IMG/VR virus record: IMGVR_UViG_3300042465_009257 | Location: 32,001 to 96,000 of that record | DNA from: a virus | DNA: 64,000 nucleotides | Direction: 5' to 3' (one strand) | In this document: positions 27,826 through 38,151 of the stretch, one piece after another | Layout of the letters: the number at the start of each line of letters is the position of its first letter | Numbering within the stretch: position 1 is the first letter of the stretch | The notes under the pieces: model-generated | Database searches by the model: none | Seen by the model: the letters and a program-made list of their open reading frames with translations, nothing else | What the model was told of the DNA's origin: nothing | Program-made: the position numbers and the translations under genes

Positions 27826-28917
27826 ATGGATATTGAAGACGAAGAGGAGGAAGATAACCGCCAAAGGTGTATCTACAAAATAACTTGTCTCTTAAACGGG
27901 AAAATCTATATCGGTCAGACTGTTCATTTTGACAAAAGGATGACTCAGCATAAAAATAATAATGGAAAGGCTACTACGATGTATATTGATCGGGCTATTG
28001 AATTTCACGGAGTCGATAATTTTGTTAACGAAATTATTTGTAATTGTCGAAATCTGACTCACGCTAACGAAATGGAGAAATTTTTTATCGCCTTCTATGA
28101 TACGTTTGAAGGGGATGGATACAACTTAACCGAGGGAGGGAGTAACGCAAAAAAATCCCTTTCGGTGAAAAAGAAGATGTCAAAAGCAAAACAAGGCTGG
28201 AAACCTGCATCCTCGAAAAGACTCTTTCTTGGCGTTTCCACACGGAAGGGAAGTAAATCTTTCACCACCACGGTATCTGTCGGATTAAGTAACTCAAAAA
28301 GTAAAAACTTTCCTACTCAAATTGAAGCGGCAGAAGCGTATGATAAGGTTGTTTTGTTTATTTTTGGAAACGATGCGGTTTTAAACTTTCCTGAGAAGCT
28401 AGATGATTATTTATCATTGGATCTTGAATTATTCTACAATTTATTTATTTTTAACAATTCGCCGAGATATAGTAATTTTGTTGGAGTTACAAAAAAGAAA
28501 GATAAATTTGGAAATTTAAAATGGACAGTTCTTTTCCAAGGGAGGCTCCGTAAAATTTTGTACGCTCAAATAAGAGAAACTGGAGGGGATTTCATTCCAT
28601 TAGAATTTTTCGACACTGAAATAGATGCTGCAATCTTTTCTGATAAATTTATTTTTTACTTTGATCTACCATGTCGCTTTAATTTTCCCGAAATTATTGT
28701 AAATCTATCGAAAACAGAACTAGCTTCAATTTTTGCAGAAAGGATAAAAACAAGATATTGTGCATATACTGGAGTCAGCTTTAGCCGTGGGAAATGGATA
28801 AAATTTTATACCGATAGCAAGGGTCAGCATAGAACTATCCGGGGTGGCCACGCTACCGCTGATGAGGCTCATATCGCTCGTCAAGAGTTCCTTCTGCAAA
28901 ACGAAAAATCCCAGTAA
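27826..28917 (+). CDS. GIY-YIG homing endonuclease with AP2-like repeats
   Basis: CIYKITCLLNGKIYIGQT, GYNLT.GG, EAAEAYD...LNFP. Confidence 0.9.
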   Translation: MDIEDEEEEDNRQRCIYKITCLLNGKIYIGQTVHFDKRMTQHKNNNGKATTMYIDRAIEFHGVDNFVNEIICNCRNLTHANEMEKFFIAFYDTFEGDGYNLTEGGSNAKKSLSVKKKMSKAKQGWKPASSKRLFLGVSTRKGSKSFTTTVSVGLSNSKSKNFPTQIEAAEAYDKVVLFIFGNDAVLNFPEKLDDYLSLDLELFYNLFIFNNSPRYSNFVGVTKKKDKFGNLKWTVLFQGRLRKILYAQIRETGGDFIPLEFFDTEIDAAIFSDKFIFYFDLPCRFNFPEIIVNLSKTELASIFAERIKTRYCAYTGVSFSRGKWIKFYTDSKGQHRTIRGGHATADEAHIARQEFLLQNEKSQ

Positions 28918-28965
28918 CTTTCCTGGGTGTCAAGTGAGGGAGAAACAATATTAAAAACCCTCACT
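28910..28965 (-). terminator. double hairpin (AGTGAGGG/CCCTCACT; CCCAG/CTGGG plus T-run) after the SSB gene
   Basis: inverted repeats between convergent genes. Confidence 0.55.
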
Positions 28966-28985
28966 GCAATTTTTATTTTTTCAGA

Positions 28986-29633
28986 TTAAAAGGGGATTTC
29001 CGAACTCTCTAGATCATCACTCACATCCTTATAATCTCCACCCGATTCTTTCTTAACGGTTTTCGTAGTAGGCGTTGGATTAGCCTTCAGTTTTTCCCCG
29101 AGGGCAGTCATCTGGTCTTGATAAAACTGGTTGACTTCAAAATAATCCTTATCGATTTCGCCGCTTTTTTTCTTGGTGACTTCGACTTCTGGGACTGCGC
29201 TGTCACCTTTTTCGTATTTTGCTTTAACAGTTTCGCCCTTTTGACGGACAGCAAAGCTTTCGTAATTTTCACGATTCCTAAAAAACGAGATTTCTACATC
29301 ATCTGTTCCATTCAAGTTTAGAATTCGATTGAACAGACTGCGAGTTGGAACCTTGAAGGTAAACTCTGCAATGTACTTTTCACCAGCTTCCTCATCTTCC
29401 AGAGTAATGGCAATCAGACTTAGGGGTTTCGCCGGGGCGGGCAGTGGAACGAGCTTATGCGCTACTGCTACTAGTTTACCAGAGAAGCGGTCTGTGGACC
29501 CATCTTCTTTCCATTCTCCATTGATCTTGCGACGAATGAAGAACGCTGGTTCAATTTCTTTTCCATCTTTCTTTGCGCGAGGGCTTAGGAATACCAACGA
29601 GCTATTTGATTCTTGTTCTTTACGACCGAGCAT
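28986..29633 (-). CDS. putative single-stranded DNA-binding protein
   Basis: acidic tail ending DDLESSEIPF; next to DnaE. Confidence 0.65.
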   Translation of the reverse strand: MLGRKEQESNSSLVFLSPRAKKDGKEIEPAFFIRRKINGEWKEDGSTDRFSGKLVAVAHKLVPLPAPAKPLSLIAITLEDEEAGEKYIAEFTFKVPTRSLFNRILNLNGTDDVEISFFRNRENYESFAVRQKGETVKAKYEKGDSAVPEVEVTKKKSGEIDKDYFEVNQFYQDQMTALGEKLKANPTPTTKTVKKESGGDYKDVSDDLESSEIPF

Positions 29634-29773
29634 TGTGTGCTTTTCTTATTTATTGTTGCTTTTGATTGGGGAAGAAAACGCTCTTCCTTGATGTATTATA
29701 CATCTAAACCCAGAAAAAGAGAAAGTCTATTTTAACTATTTCTCTAAATAATTGGTGAAGATGATAAATTCTT

Positions 29774-32700
29774 TTAATTAAGGGCCGCGCCCTCAATATT
29801 TTGGGATTTGCCAAGAGCTTTTTGTTCTTTCTCTTGATGTTTATTCAAATCGGAAACGCGGCTGTAGATTTTAAGAGCTTGAATTTCAGCCAGATCAATA
29901 AAAATTAAAGGATCTTCGCCGCCGCCCTTCTGACCACGGATATAAATCAACTGTCCTTCTTCCGGTTCGCCAAATTTCGCCAAATAACTCAGCCATTTAT
30001 CTCCTGTAAATAATGACTCAATATTACCTGTCTCATCTGCCAAAGTGATTTTTGCATATTTATTCCCAGATTTTTTAGCTGTGCCGGTTTTTATCTCTTT
30101 AACCTCCGCAACGACTTGGAGTCGCTCTTTTTCATAAAGTTCAGTTTTAATCTGTCCGATTTTAGAAAGGTCAGGATATTCGTCAAAGAGTTCTGAAAGG
30201 GTGATACTAGGGCAGTATCCGAGGAGCTTCTTTTCGAAGAGCCATTGGGAGACCATGGGATTTTTGGAGTTCTCTTTGTAGATTTCGAAGTAGCTGGCGC
30301 AATTTTTACGGAGAGTAGCCAAGCGTGATTCTTTGCCGATGGGTTTACCGTTCAGGCCAATCCATTCCAAATAACTTTTCATCATAGAAATTAGATCAAA
30401 ATTATGAGACTTCCCATTTTCAAGACAATAGTTCTGTTCTTTTGTTGTAAGCTCTTTCCAGATTTTAGAACAGAGAACGGTTTTTTGTCTATCGAATGGA
30501 GCAAGATCCTCCAAAACCCCACATTCAATTAAAGCTGAAATAACAGTGGAGTTAACCTTTGATTGCTGTGCCGCTTGGAATACTTCAAATAAATTTGCAG
30601 TATCTTTTTGAATAAAGCTTTGAATATTGGCAATAGATTTTTCTGAAATCCCTTTAATAGCTTCTAATCCAAAACGGATATTCGGTCCCTCTAGTTTGAA
30701 ATCTCTTTCAGATTTAGTCAGTGATGGGGGTAGAAGTTTCAAATTAAAAGATGGCATCTCTTGGACCAAGATGGACACTTCTTCCGCTTGGTCTTGCTTA
30801 TCTTTTGATAAACGTAAAGCTTCCAAAAAGAAATGACTGGGATGATTAAACTTTAAGTATACACTTAAAGCACATAACTTGCTATAACAAAAACTGTGAG
30901 AAAAATTGAAAAGATAATCCGCTGACATCAACGCTAGACTCCATAATTTCTTTCCAGCCTCAATATCAATATTATTCTCTGCACATTTGTCATAAATTTT
31001 TTGCTCCCACTGTGCAATCTCATCAACCTTCTTTTTCCCTACGATGCGCCGAATATCATCAGCTTCGCTTAAACTAAAACCAATTTTTACAAAAAGAGCC
31101 ATGAGAGATTCTTGATAAATCATAACTCCTCCAGTCTTATTCAAAATTTCATCAAACAAAGGATGAACACTTGGCTTATCTCCAACTCCATTAACATAAT
31201 CTGCATACTGATCCAAAAAGACAAAACTTCCAGGGCGGCAAATAGCCAATACCGCCGATAGATCGTTCATCGATTTTGGTTTAATTTTATTTAATCCTCT
31301 CTTTGCGCTATCGCCAGAAATCTGGAATAGATTAGATGCACTTTCTAAATTTTGGAGATGACAATAGATATCGTCCCAACTTTCATAATTAATCTTAGAA
31401 ATATCAATCCCTAATGTCTTTACGATATTATCAAAAAGAGTAACTGATTGTAATCCTAAAAGATCAAGTTTGATTGTTGAAATTTCTGCGACATGAGCAT
31501 CTGCCGAAGTTACAATTTCTCCATCATTTCCATACTGCAAAGGCATGAAATCATTAAGAGGGTAATAAGAAATAATATAAGCTGAGGCGTGACTCCCGAA
31601 ATTTTTAATACAATTCTGTAGCTTCTTCACGCACCCGAATATCTCTGGATTATTATCTGCAAATTGTTTTATCTTCTCAGATTCTTCATACGCGGCTTCA
31701 GGTCTAGCGACTTTACCGAATTTAACAGGAATTTCATCTGAATAAACTTTAACCTGCTCTTCTGATAATCCACCGATAACTTTCCCAGCGTCTTTTAATA
31801 AAGCCTTTGTAGTTTGTGTGTTATAGGTCGAAAGTTTTGCGAATTTACCTGGATATTTCCCAGTCAAATATTCAATTACTTTATCTCTAGCTTCGGCCCC
31901 GTAATCGCAATCAATATCGCATAAAGACCCTGCTAAAAAAGTAACTCCATCAATAATTGAAGTTTTTGCGCGGGAAAGAGAAATAAATCTCTCGAAATAT
32001 AATCCTTTATCAACTGGGTCTACATCTACGATTCCCACAAGATAATTGATTAAACTCCCTGCACTAGAGCCTCGTCCGAAGCCATGAGCCAATTTATTTT
32101 TACGAGCAAATCTCATCGTCATCCATACGAGTAGAATATAAGAATCAAAACTTGTTTTATCAAGCATATCTAGCTCATACTCAAATCGTTGGCGATATTC
32201 CTCTTGTCTATCTTTACTTATGTCGCCATTATTTACTTTTTCTTTATATCCATGTCTGGATAAAATACGAAGAGTTTCAATATTCGTGGCACCCTCTGGA
32301 ATATTAAATTCCAATCGATCTTCCTCATCTAACTTAAACTCAGGCAATCTTACTCCTGGTAGAAACAAATCCAAAGGAGTCTCAAACTGCTTTTCAAAAT
32401 CAGACTCTCCATCGCCCAAGATATCCTTATTTTCATTCCAACTCTCTAAGCAAAACTCTGCTGAAGAGAAAAACTCCATATTTGGCTCTTCGATTGTATT
32501 TCCACTACCAAAAGATTTTCTGTCCATTAGTTTCCGCGCTTGGAAATAAGTAAGATCTGCACGGTTCTTGTAATAACAGGTTTTAACCTCGACAGTCTTC
32601 AATCCAAACGCCTTTGCATAATCCAAAGTCTTCTCCCTGATAATCCTATCAAAGAACATATCGCAATCTTCAAGAAACATGAAGGGTTGAATCTTACCAA

Positions 32701-33187
32701 AATCAGGAATTGTGCTTGTTTTCCGAGTCAAGTTATTCATAACAAATCCGTCGTAATGAGGAATAGCTAATACCAATTCATCACTCCAAAGTTCCTGTAA
32801 TTTCTTCCAATCAATTCGAGCCTCTTCAAAATATCCATCTACTTGGCCATAGGTTGCCAATTTCACTAAAGATTTCCATCCGGCCTCGCTGCGAACGAAT
32901 ATAATGATTTTGGAAGAACTCTGCTTTTCCTTTTTCGTAGCGTCGTCACAAATTGAAACACGCCAGCCAAATACAAGGTTACAATTCAACGCTTTGGCTG
33001 CTTTATAAGCCGGGATAAACCCACCAACATTATCTTCACATAAAAACAGCGTTTTAAATCCATAATCTGCGATAATATCTTCTATGTTATCTGGCTGATC
33101 AGGTTTATTTTTTTCTCCTGATTTAATTGGAGAGATTTGAATAATACTTTTGCCGATACTCATATCGGTCTTGATAAGGGGTAGCAT
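29774..33187 (-). CDS. dnaE: DNA polymerase III alpha subunit
   Basis: PHP-like N-terminus, GRGSSAGSL, FERF, DIDCD, KLDLLGL, FNFSHS, OB fold. Confidence 0.95.
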   Translation of the reverse strand: MLPLIKTDMSIGKSIIQISPIKSGEKNKPDQPDNIEDIIADYGFKTLFLCEDNVGGFIPAYKAAKALNCNLVFGWRVSICDDATKKEKQSSSKIIIFVRSEAGWKSLVKLATYGQVDGYFEEARIDWKKLQELWSDELVLAIPHYDGFVMNNLTRKTSTIPDFGKIQPFMFLEDCDMFFDRIIREKTLDYAKAFGLKTVEVKTCYYKNRADLTYFQARKLMDRKSFGSGNTIEEPNMEFFSSAEFCLESWNENKDILGDGESDFEKQFETPLDLFLPGVRLPEFKLDEEDRLEFNIPEGATNIETLRILSRHGYKEKVNNGDISKDRQEEYRQRFEYELDMLDKTSFDSYILLVWMTMRFARKNKLAHGFGRGSSAGSLINYLVGIVDVDPVDKGLYFERFISLSRAKTSIIDGVTFLAGSLCDIDCDYGAEARDKVIEYLTGKYPGKFAKLSTYNTQTTKALLKDAGKVIGGLSEEQVKVYSDEIPVKFGKVARPEAAYEESEKIKQFADNNPEIFGCVKKLQNCIKNFGSHASAYIISYYPLNDFMPLQYGNDGEIVTSADAHVAEISTIKLDLLGLQSVTLFDNIVKTLGIDISKINYESWDDIYCHLQNLESASNLFQISGDSAKRGLNKIKPKSMNDLSAVLAICRPGSFVFLDQYADYVNGVGDKPSVHPLFDEILNKTGGVMIYQESLMALFVKIGFSLSEADDIRRIVGKKKVDEIAQWEQKIYDKCAENNIDIEAGKKLWSLALMSADYLFNFSHSFCYSKLCALSVYLKFNHPSHFFLEALRLSKDKQDQAEEVSILVQEMPSFNLKLLPPSLTKSERDFKLEGPNIRFGLEAIKGISEKSIANIQSFIQKDTANLFEVFQAAQQSKVNSTVISALIECGVLEDLAPFDRQKTVLCSKIWKELTTKEQNYCLENGKSHNFDLISMMKSYLEWIGLNGKPIGKESRLATLRKNCASYFEIYKENSKNPMVSQWLFEKKLLGYCPSITLSELFDEYPDLSKIGQIKTELYEKERLQVVAEVKEIKTGTAKKSGNKYAKITLADETGNIESLFTGDKWLSYLAKFGEPEEGQLIYIRGQKGGGEDPLIFIDLAEIQALKIYSRVSDLNKHQEKEQKALGKSQNIEGAALN

Positions 33188-33192
33188 GTATT

Positions 33193-33840
33193 TTAAATAT
33201 CTAGAGCGTAAATTAGTTTATTAAGTACAGAATTTGTCAACTGGCAATCATATTCTCCTCTGTGAGTTTTATTCGGATCGACTTCAATCTGAAATTCTTT
33301 GCACATTGCTGATAGGTTACTCTTCTTCGAACCACGTGCCGGTCGGCCTATTTCCTGCATCTGTGACCCAAGAAAATTCTCAATATCTGGACGAGTTCCA
33401 TTATGATACATTCTAGACAAACATAAAGTATCAATCACTCTCTCAATATATCCATTCCAACCTCGCCAATCACCGCAATCAATAGCAAGTTTTCTAATTA
33501 AGAAAATGTCGTATCCAATAAAATTATGACCCACAACTAAATAATCAGAATTATATAAAAAAGATGAAATTTCTTCCCATACTTCTTCTTTTGGAGTCGC
33601 TAAATCGCGATACCTTTCCATACTAAACCCTGTAATTTGCGCCGCTCTCTTTCCAACTTTTAAATCTGGGTAGAGTGGATAGAGAGACTTTGCCGCCAAT
33701 ACTTTATTCCCCTGATGGATAGAGTATGCAATTTCCCAAGGACGATGTAAGTGTAAAGAAAGACCCTCTGTCTCACTATCAGCTACGAAATATTTTTGCT
33801 GAAAGTTGTGACTCAATCTGGGAATTTTAAATTTACTCAT
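33193..33840 (-). CDS. DnaQ-like 3'-5' exonuclease
   Basis: DSETEG, GHNFIGYD, DTL, H...YD (DEDDh). Confidence 0.85.
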   Translation of the reverse strand: MSKFKIPRLSHNFQQKYFVADSETEGLSLHLHRPWEIAYSIHQGNKVLAAKSLYPLYPDLKVGKRAAQITGFSMERYRDLATPKEEVWEEISSFLYNSDYLVVGHNFIGYDIFLIRKLAIDCGDWRGWNGYIERVIDTLCLSRMYHNGTRPDIENFLGSQMQEIGRPARGSKKSNLSAMCKEFQIEVDPNKTHRGEYDCQLTNSVLNKLIYALDI

Positions 33841-33843
33841 ATT

Positions 33844-34161
33844 TTATATTTTAAAGAAACTATATCCCTCCAATATTTCTACAGCATCCCGCATTTTCTC
33901 TTTTATATCTCCAGTATCAATATTCCCAATCTCATTTGCCGTCATCAAACGGAAACAATCTTCAGAACCATCAATCCCAGCAAACCTTAATCCATTTTTC
34001 CCGAAAGTCAAGACTAAAGTTATACTTTCTTCCGGCGCAGAAGCGATTTCTGAGGCCAAGTCTTGATACCGATCTATATTTTTCCAATCTGAGAGATAAG
34101 CAGCCGTTCGTTTGGCAATTAGTGACGGGGTATAAAGTTGAAATAATGAGGATATACGCAT
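33844..34161 (-). CDS. hypothetical protein
   Basis: ORF track. Confidence 0.55.
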   Translation of the reverse strand: MRISSLFQLYTPSLIAKRTAAYLSDWKNIDRYQDLASEIASAPEESITLVLTFGKNGLRFAGIDGSEDCFRLMTANEIGNIDTGDIKEKMRDAVEILEGYSFFKI

Positions 34162-34222
34162 AATTTTAAAATAAATTATTCAAATTTAACGGACAGGAGA
34201 TCATAGGAGGAGATATCTCCTC

Positions 34223-34459
34223 TTATAAAAAGAAAAATTGATCCTCCGCAAAAATTACCTCAATTACCTCATACCCTTTAGCCTCATAACTTTTCTTGAC
34301 TTCCCACTCTTCGCCCTTGATGCCTTCTAAGAAGAATGGTCCTACACCGCCACGGCAATCGATACGATAGCAGCCTGTCGGAATTTTTTTAGACTCTATA
34401 GCTGGTTTAACTATATAGCCCAGATTTTTTAAAAATTGGATGGCTGATTCCTCTGTCAT
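34223..34459 (-). CDS. hypothetical protein
   Basis: ORF track. Confidence 0.55.
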   Translation of the reverse strand: MTEESAIQFLKNLGYIVKPAIESKKIPTGCYRIDCRGGVGPFFLEGIKGEEWEVKKSYEAKGYEVIEVIFAEDQFFFL

Positions 34460-34491
34460 AATTTTGCTTCTTACTATGAATTTTTAAGATA

Positions 34492-35484
34492 TCAAGAATT
34501 ATTTTTTAGCTCTTCTCTCCAAGCCCAACAGCCTGGATGAGAACATTGCAAAATTAAATCCCCTTCTTTCTTTATTTTATCTAATTCAATTCGATTTCTA
34601 TCCGTTTTAATAGTTTTACCATCACGGGATAAAGCAAAATAAAGGAATGGTTTCCGATAATCACAGGCCCAGTGTTCACTGCCGTCAGGCTTTTTCGCGG
34701 TAAGATCTTTTTTCCCGCAGGCCCAACTTTTTCCTGGGCCTTTATCTTTCGGAGTGTTTCCCTTAGCATCCTCAAAGGTAAGAGAGTCAATATGTTGAGA
34801 AACCTCCTTGAGCCATACAGAAAATCCTTCCATTTCCCTTTCTCCAATGGTCGGTGCTGTTTGGGTAACTTTCGGGGGAAATTTCAAAAACTGGAAATCA
34901 AATGTCACTGTTTTCCCCGGCCATAGTTGTTGGGCGGCGTAAGTGTAGAAATAATTCTGTAGATTGAAATTGAGTTCTTCTTTGCTGAACTTCTTTTTGC
35001 TTGTTTTGTAGTCAATAATCCGAACGCTGTCTTTCCCAACCGCTGCTTTGTCGATAAATCCATTTAGAGTAAACCCATCCCCCTCAAGAAGAAAATGTCG
35101 CTCAATCTCTACCGAATCTGCGCCATCACAATAAAAATCGCTTTGAATTGCCGCGAGAATAAATTGTCGGATCATCTCAAAATTGTCATGGTCGTGAACC
35201 CCTTCTTTTACGGCTAAAATGTAAGCGAGTCGTCTTGTTGCTTCATCATGCCACGGGTCCTTTAATTCTGTCATTTTCTCCACTTTCTTCCGGCGCTTGG
35301 GGTTCGAAAGGCACTCTAAAACGGCGTGCGTAACTCCACCCCTTCTTGCTCCGTCATTAGAAGTTCCTGGGATTCCGCATTCTCCATTTTTGTGTCCTTT
35401 GTAACCGTACCAGTATTTTAACGAACAATCGAAAAAAGTTTTGGTCCTACTCGGGCTTAGTTTTAATTTGGACTTTTCTGACAT
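34492..35484 (-). CDS. PD-(D/E)XK (RecB/Cas4-like) exonuclease
   Basis: LSPS...C, G...H..LE, GFIDK, IIDYKTS, Q..Y, C-terminal Cys. Confidence 0.85.
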   Translation of the reverse strand: MSEKSKLKLSPSRTKTFFDCSLKYWYGYKGHKNGECGIPGTSNDGARRGGVTHAVLECLSNPKRRKKVEKMTELKDPWHDEATRRLAYILAVKEGVHDHDNFEMIRQFILAAIQSDFYCDGADSVEIERHFLLEGDGFTLNGFIDKAAVGKDSVRIIDYKTSKKKFSKEELNFNLQNYFYTYAAQQLWPGKTVTFDFQFLKFPPKVTQTAPTIGEREMEGFSVWLKEVSQHIDSLTFEDAKGNTPKDKGPGKSWACGKKDLTAKKPDGSEHWACDYRKPFLYFALSRDGKTIKTDRNRIELDKIKKEGDLILQCSHPGCWAWREELKNNS

Positions 35485-35492
35485 TTATTTTA

Positions 35493-35618
35493 AAATTTAT
35501 TAACTTTGGTAATTATAAAAATGCCAAAGAGGCGGCGGAAGTCTACGATAGAAAAGCTATTGAATTAAAGGGCAAGAATGCCAGAACAAACTTCCCAATA
35601 AAAACTATATTAATTTAA
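35493..35618 (+). pseudogene. relic AP2 domain of a deleted endonuclease (KFINFGNYKNAKEAAEVYDRKAIELKGKNARTNFP)
   Basis: clear AP2 helix motif EAA..YD..A..L.G..A..NFP with no start codon. Confidence 0.75.
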
Positions 35619-36873
35619 TTTCAGAACCTTTAGAATAAATAATCTGTTGTAATCCCCAATCTGCGAAAAGTAGTCCTTGTCCCGCCTGGACATTTCCCAC
35701 GTAACCGGCATCTACGTGGTATTTATCAGGAGGGCATAGCGCTGGACAGATCATAACCCGAATTCCCTTAATGTCAAGAAGTTTTTCCGTATGAGTATGA
35801 CCCCCGAGAACAAAAAATTGTTCATAATTTGAAACCTCTTTTTGGTTTTCTCTCATCATAATCAATGGGAGGTCCGCCAATTTAATGCCGTCTGTGTGAG
35901 TAAAACAAATTAAAGTTTTCTCAAATCCAAAGTATTTTCTATTTAGAGGGCGATTGTCTACACTTACATTTTCGTGATTGCGGAAAAAGGCTTTAACGTA
36001 ACTACCTAGTGCATATTCTGTCAACCTAGCATGGTTCCCACAAACAATCATTACCTCAACCTTGAATTGTGACGCGAGTTTCTGAACTACGTCAGTGATC
36101 ATTTCGCAAACCTCATTGTAAAGAGTGTGCCAACTACAGGCCCCTTCTAATCTCGTCCCCTTTGTAGTGGTCACTTGTTCATTTTCAAAATGAATTAGAT
36201 CAGAACCGCATACTAGCATAACTGTCCCGATTTCTCCAACAGGCGCACTTTTAATCAGTTCGTCAACAGCGTCTTTGTAAACCTGTTTCGCGATTTCCAA
36301 GTTATAATCGCCCCATCCAGTTTCGCTCGACTTCGCGATTTTTCCTCCATGCCAGTCCTGAAGATTGAGGATGTATAGTTTCCCACCATCTTTCGGTTTG
36401 GTGTATTTGAATGATTTGGGGGCAATCTTTTCGGCATTTTTCTCAAAACCTTCCAGTAAAGACTCAAGAGCTTTCTCTTCCACCTTCTTACGGAACTCGG
36501 CCTTTACCGACCAATCACCTTTCCAAACTCCAACGCTACTCTTCACCATCTCCCAAACTTCTAAGTCTACCCGTGCAGCTTCAATTAATCCGTCTAGAGT
36601 ACTGACTCCCTTAATTTCTGCTACCGCAGTATCACCATGATCTTGGAAACCTTCAACATTCACGAATACAGTTTCAACCTCTATTCGAGGAATAGCTGCC
36701 CGCTCCTTCTTAGTCAGACTTTTATCAATCTTATTATAATAATCGTTACCTTGCGTTTTGCCAAGGCCGCGTTCGTGCCGGATATATTTACGAATATCTG
36801 TTGGATTTTCCCCAGCCAGGATCTTTCCTTTGATTTTGGCGGCGAAACTGTCAGGGTCGAATGTGTCGTGCAT
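35605..36873 (-). CDS. metallophosphoesterase (SbcD/Mre11-like fold) with N-terminal extension
   Basis: DWHGGK, GSDLIH, GNH, HTD, GHTH; start MHDTF 7 nt after TTGACT-N17-TATAAT. Confidence 0.8.
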   Translation of the reverse strand: MHDTFDPDSFAAKIKGKILAGENPTDIRKYIRHERGLGKTQGNDYYNKIDKSLTKKERAAIPRIEVETVFVNVEGFQDHGDTAVAEIKGVSTLDGLIEAARVDLEVWEMVKSSVGVWKGDWSVKAEFRKKVEEKALESLLEGFEKNAEKIAPKSFKYTKPKDGGKLYILNLQDWHGGKIAKSSETGWGDYNLEIAKQVYKDAVDELIKSAPVGEIGTVMLVCGSDLIHFENEQVTTTKGTRLEGACSWHTLYNEVCEMITDVVQKLASQFKVEVMIVCGNHARLTEYALGSYVKAFFRNHENVSVDNRPLNRKYFGFEKTLICFTHTDGIKLADLPLIMMRENQKEVSNYEQFFVLGGHTHTEKLLDIKGIRVMICPALCPPDKYHVDAGYVGNVQAGQGLLFADWGLQQIIYSKGSEIKLI

Positions 36874-36901
36874 CGTGAATATTATACGGTTTATAAGAGA
36901 A

Positions 36902-37498
36902 TTAGTCAATGCTCCATTGTTGGGCAATTGCTTCCGCCATTCCTTCAAAACTTTTAGAGCGAATTTTCCAACGATCTGGTCCTGGAGGAGCGCGGTGAAT
37001 AGCAGACCATAGTTTATGTTCTTCGGTTCCTTTAACAGGAGGAGTCAATTTATGAGTCGGAACTAGCGGGGGTAAATTCTTTAGCCAAAAACAAGTTGCC
37101 TTAAAGGCCAGATCGCCAAACCACCAAGGCTGAACAATACAATCTGGCTTTCGATAACGGCTCGACATAATACCAATTGGATTTTCTACCGCAATTTTGG
37201 GGATTGGAGCATTAATGAGTTTCATAAAAAACTCAATTGCTGCTTGTTGTGATCCATCTGCAATCTTTTGAGGAAACCATCTCGCGCCACTCACGCAAAG
37301 ATGAGTGCATTCGGGGTGAAAAATAGCAAGATCCCATCCATCTTCTAAATGATTCATCACATCATCTTGAATATGAAAAGGAGAACCGTCATCAGCGGGA
37401 AGAATGTCAAGGCTCCAAGCATCATGGCCAAGTTTTCTAAAAGCTTCCCGAATTGTTCCGCTTGATTCACAGCCAACGAGGATTTTAAGTTTTTTCAT
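36902..37498 (-). CDS. short DNA cytosine-5 methyltransferase
   Basis: LVGCESSG, HPECTHL, ENPIG, AQQW. Confidence 0.8.
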   Translation of the reverse strand: MKKLKILVGCESSGTIREAFRKLGHDAWSLDILPADDGSPFHIQDDVMNHLEDGWDLAIFHPECTHLCVSGARWFPQKIADGSQQAAIEFFMKLINAPIPKIAVENPIGIMSSRYRKPDCIVQPWWFGDLAFKATCFWLKNLPPLVPTHKLTPPVKGTEEHKLWSAIHRAPPGPDRWKIRSKSFEGMAEAIAQQWSID

Positions 37499-38151
37499 TT
37501 TTGTTTTGAATTTCTAATTTGCATTACCGCATCCTCAATATTCATTCCTTTTGTAGTGATTCTATATCTCAATTTTTCATAATCTACTTCTAAAGTCTCC
37601 GATAGCTCCACCATTGTAATTTCACGCCCTTGGTAATTAATAATATTATTATTCCTTTTATTTCTGCCCTGCTCTTTTAAAGATGACCATTTACAATTTT
37701 CAATACTGTATCCTTTATTATTATCTTTTCTATCTAAAGTTTTTCCTTCGGGCCTTTCCCCCATATCCAATAAAAATAAACTAAAATCTTTCCATCTTTC
37801 TTCTATGGTAATTCCTCTTCCTCCATAGTCTTTATACCTTTTCTTGTTTTTTTGATTGACTCTAGCCCACATTGATTCCCAAGATGAATAGGTTGGGCTT
37901 TTTATACTATTTTTAATATGCCCATGTTTAATACTTCTCTCTCCAATGTTATCCATGAATTCTTGAGCTAAACATCCGCAACTTTTTATTTTTCCGCTAG
38001 TTACACTCCACCGTAAATATTCCTTTTCTTTCCCGCAGTCACATTTAAAAAGATAAAGACGGTTTCCAACGTATTTTACTACTGTCAGTCGTTCAAATTT
38101 TAGCCCAGTTTGAAGATATTCTCTTGCCATATTTTTAATATTTAACGTCAA
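37495..38151 (-). CDS. HNH homing endonuclease (sense orientation)
   Basis: CDCG, SCGC, YGGRGI, LDRKDNNKGYSIENCKW. Confidence 0.85.
   Translation of the reverse strand: MTLNIKNMAREYLQTGLKFERLTVVKYVGNRLYLFKCDCGKEKEYLRWSVTSGKIKSCGCLAQEFMDNIGERSIKHGHIKNSIKSPTYSSWESMWARVNQKNKKRYKDYGGRGITIEERWKDFSLFLLDMGERPEGKTLDRKDNNKGYSIENCKWSSLKEQGRNKRNNNIINYQGREITMVELSETLEVDYEKLRYRITTKGMNIEDAVMQIRNSKQK

Noticed and set aside
28880-28935. Duplicated 5' end of the large GT gene right of cassette 3 (TTG ACA CCC AGG AAA = LTPRK vs MPRK)
   Set aside because: Similarity ends after 3 residues and the sequence is better explained as a terminator hairpin
37495-38151. HNH endonuclease as a member of the RHH cassette family
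   Set aside because: Sense orientation, overlaps the primase end, and has no upstream small regulator or class II motif
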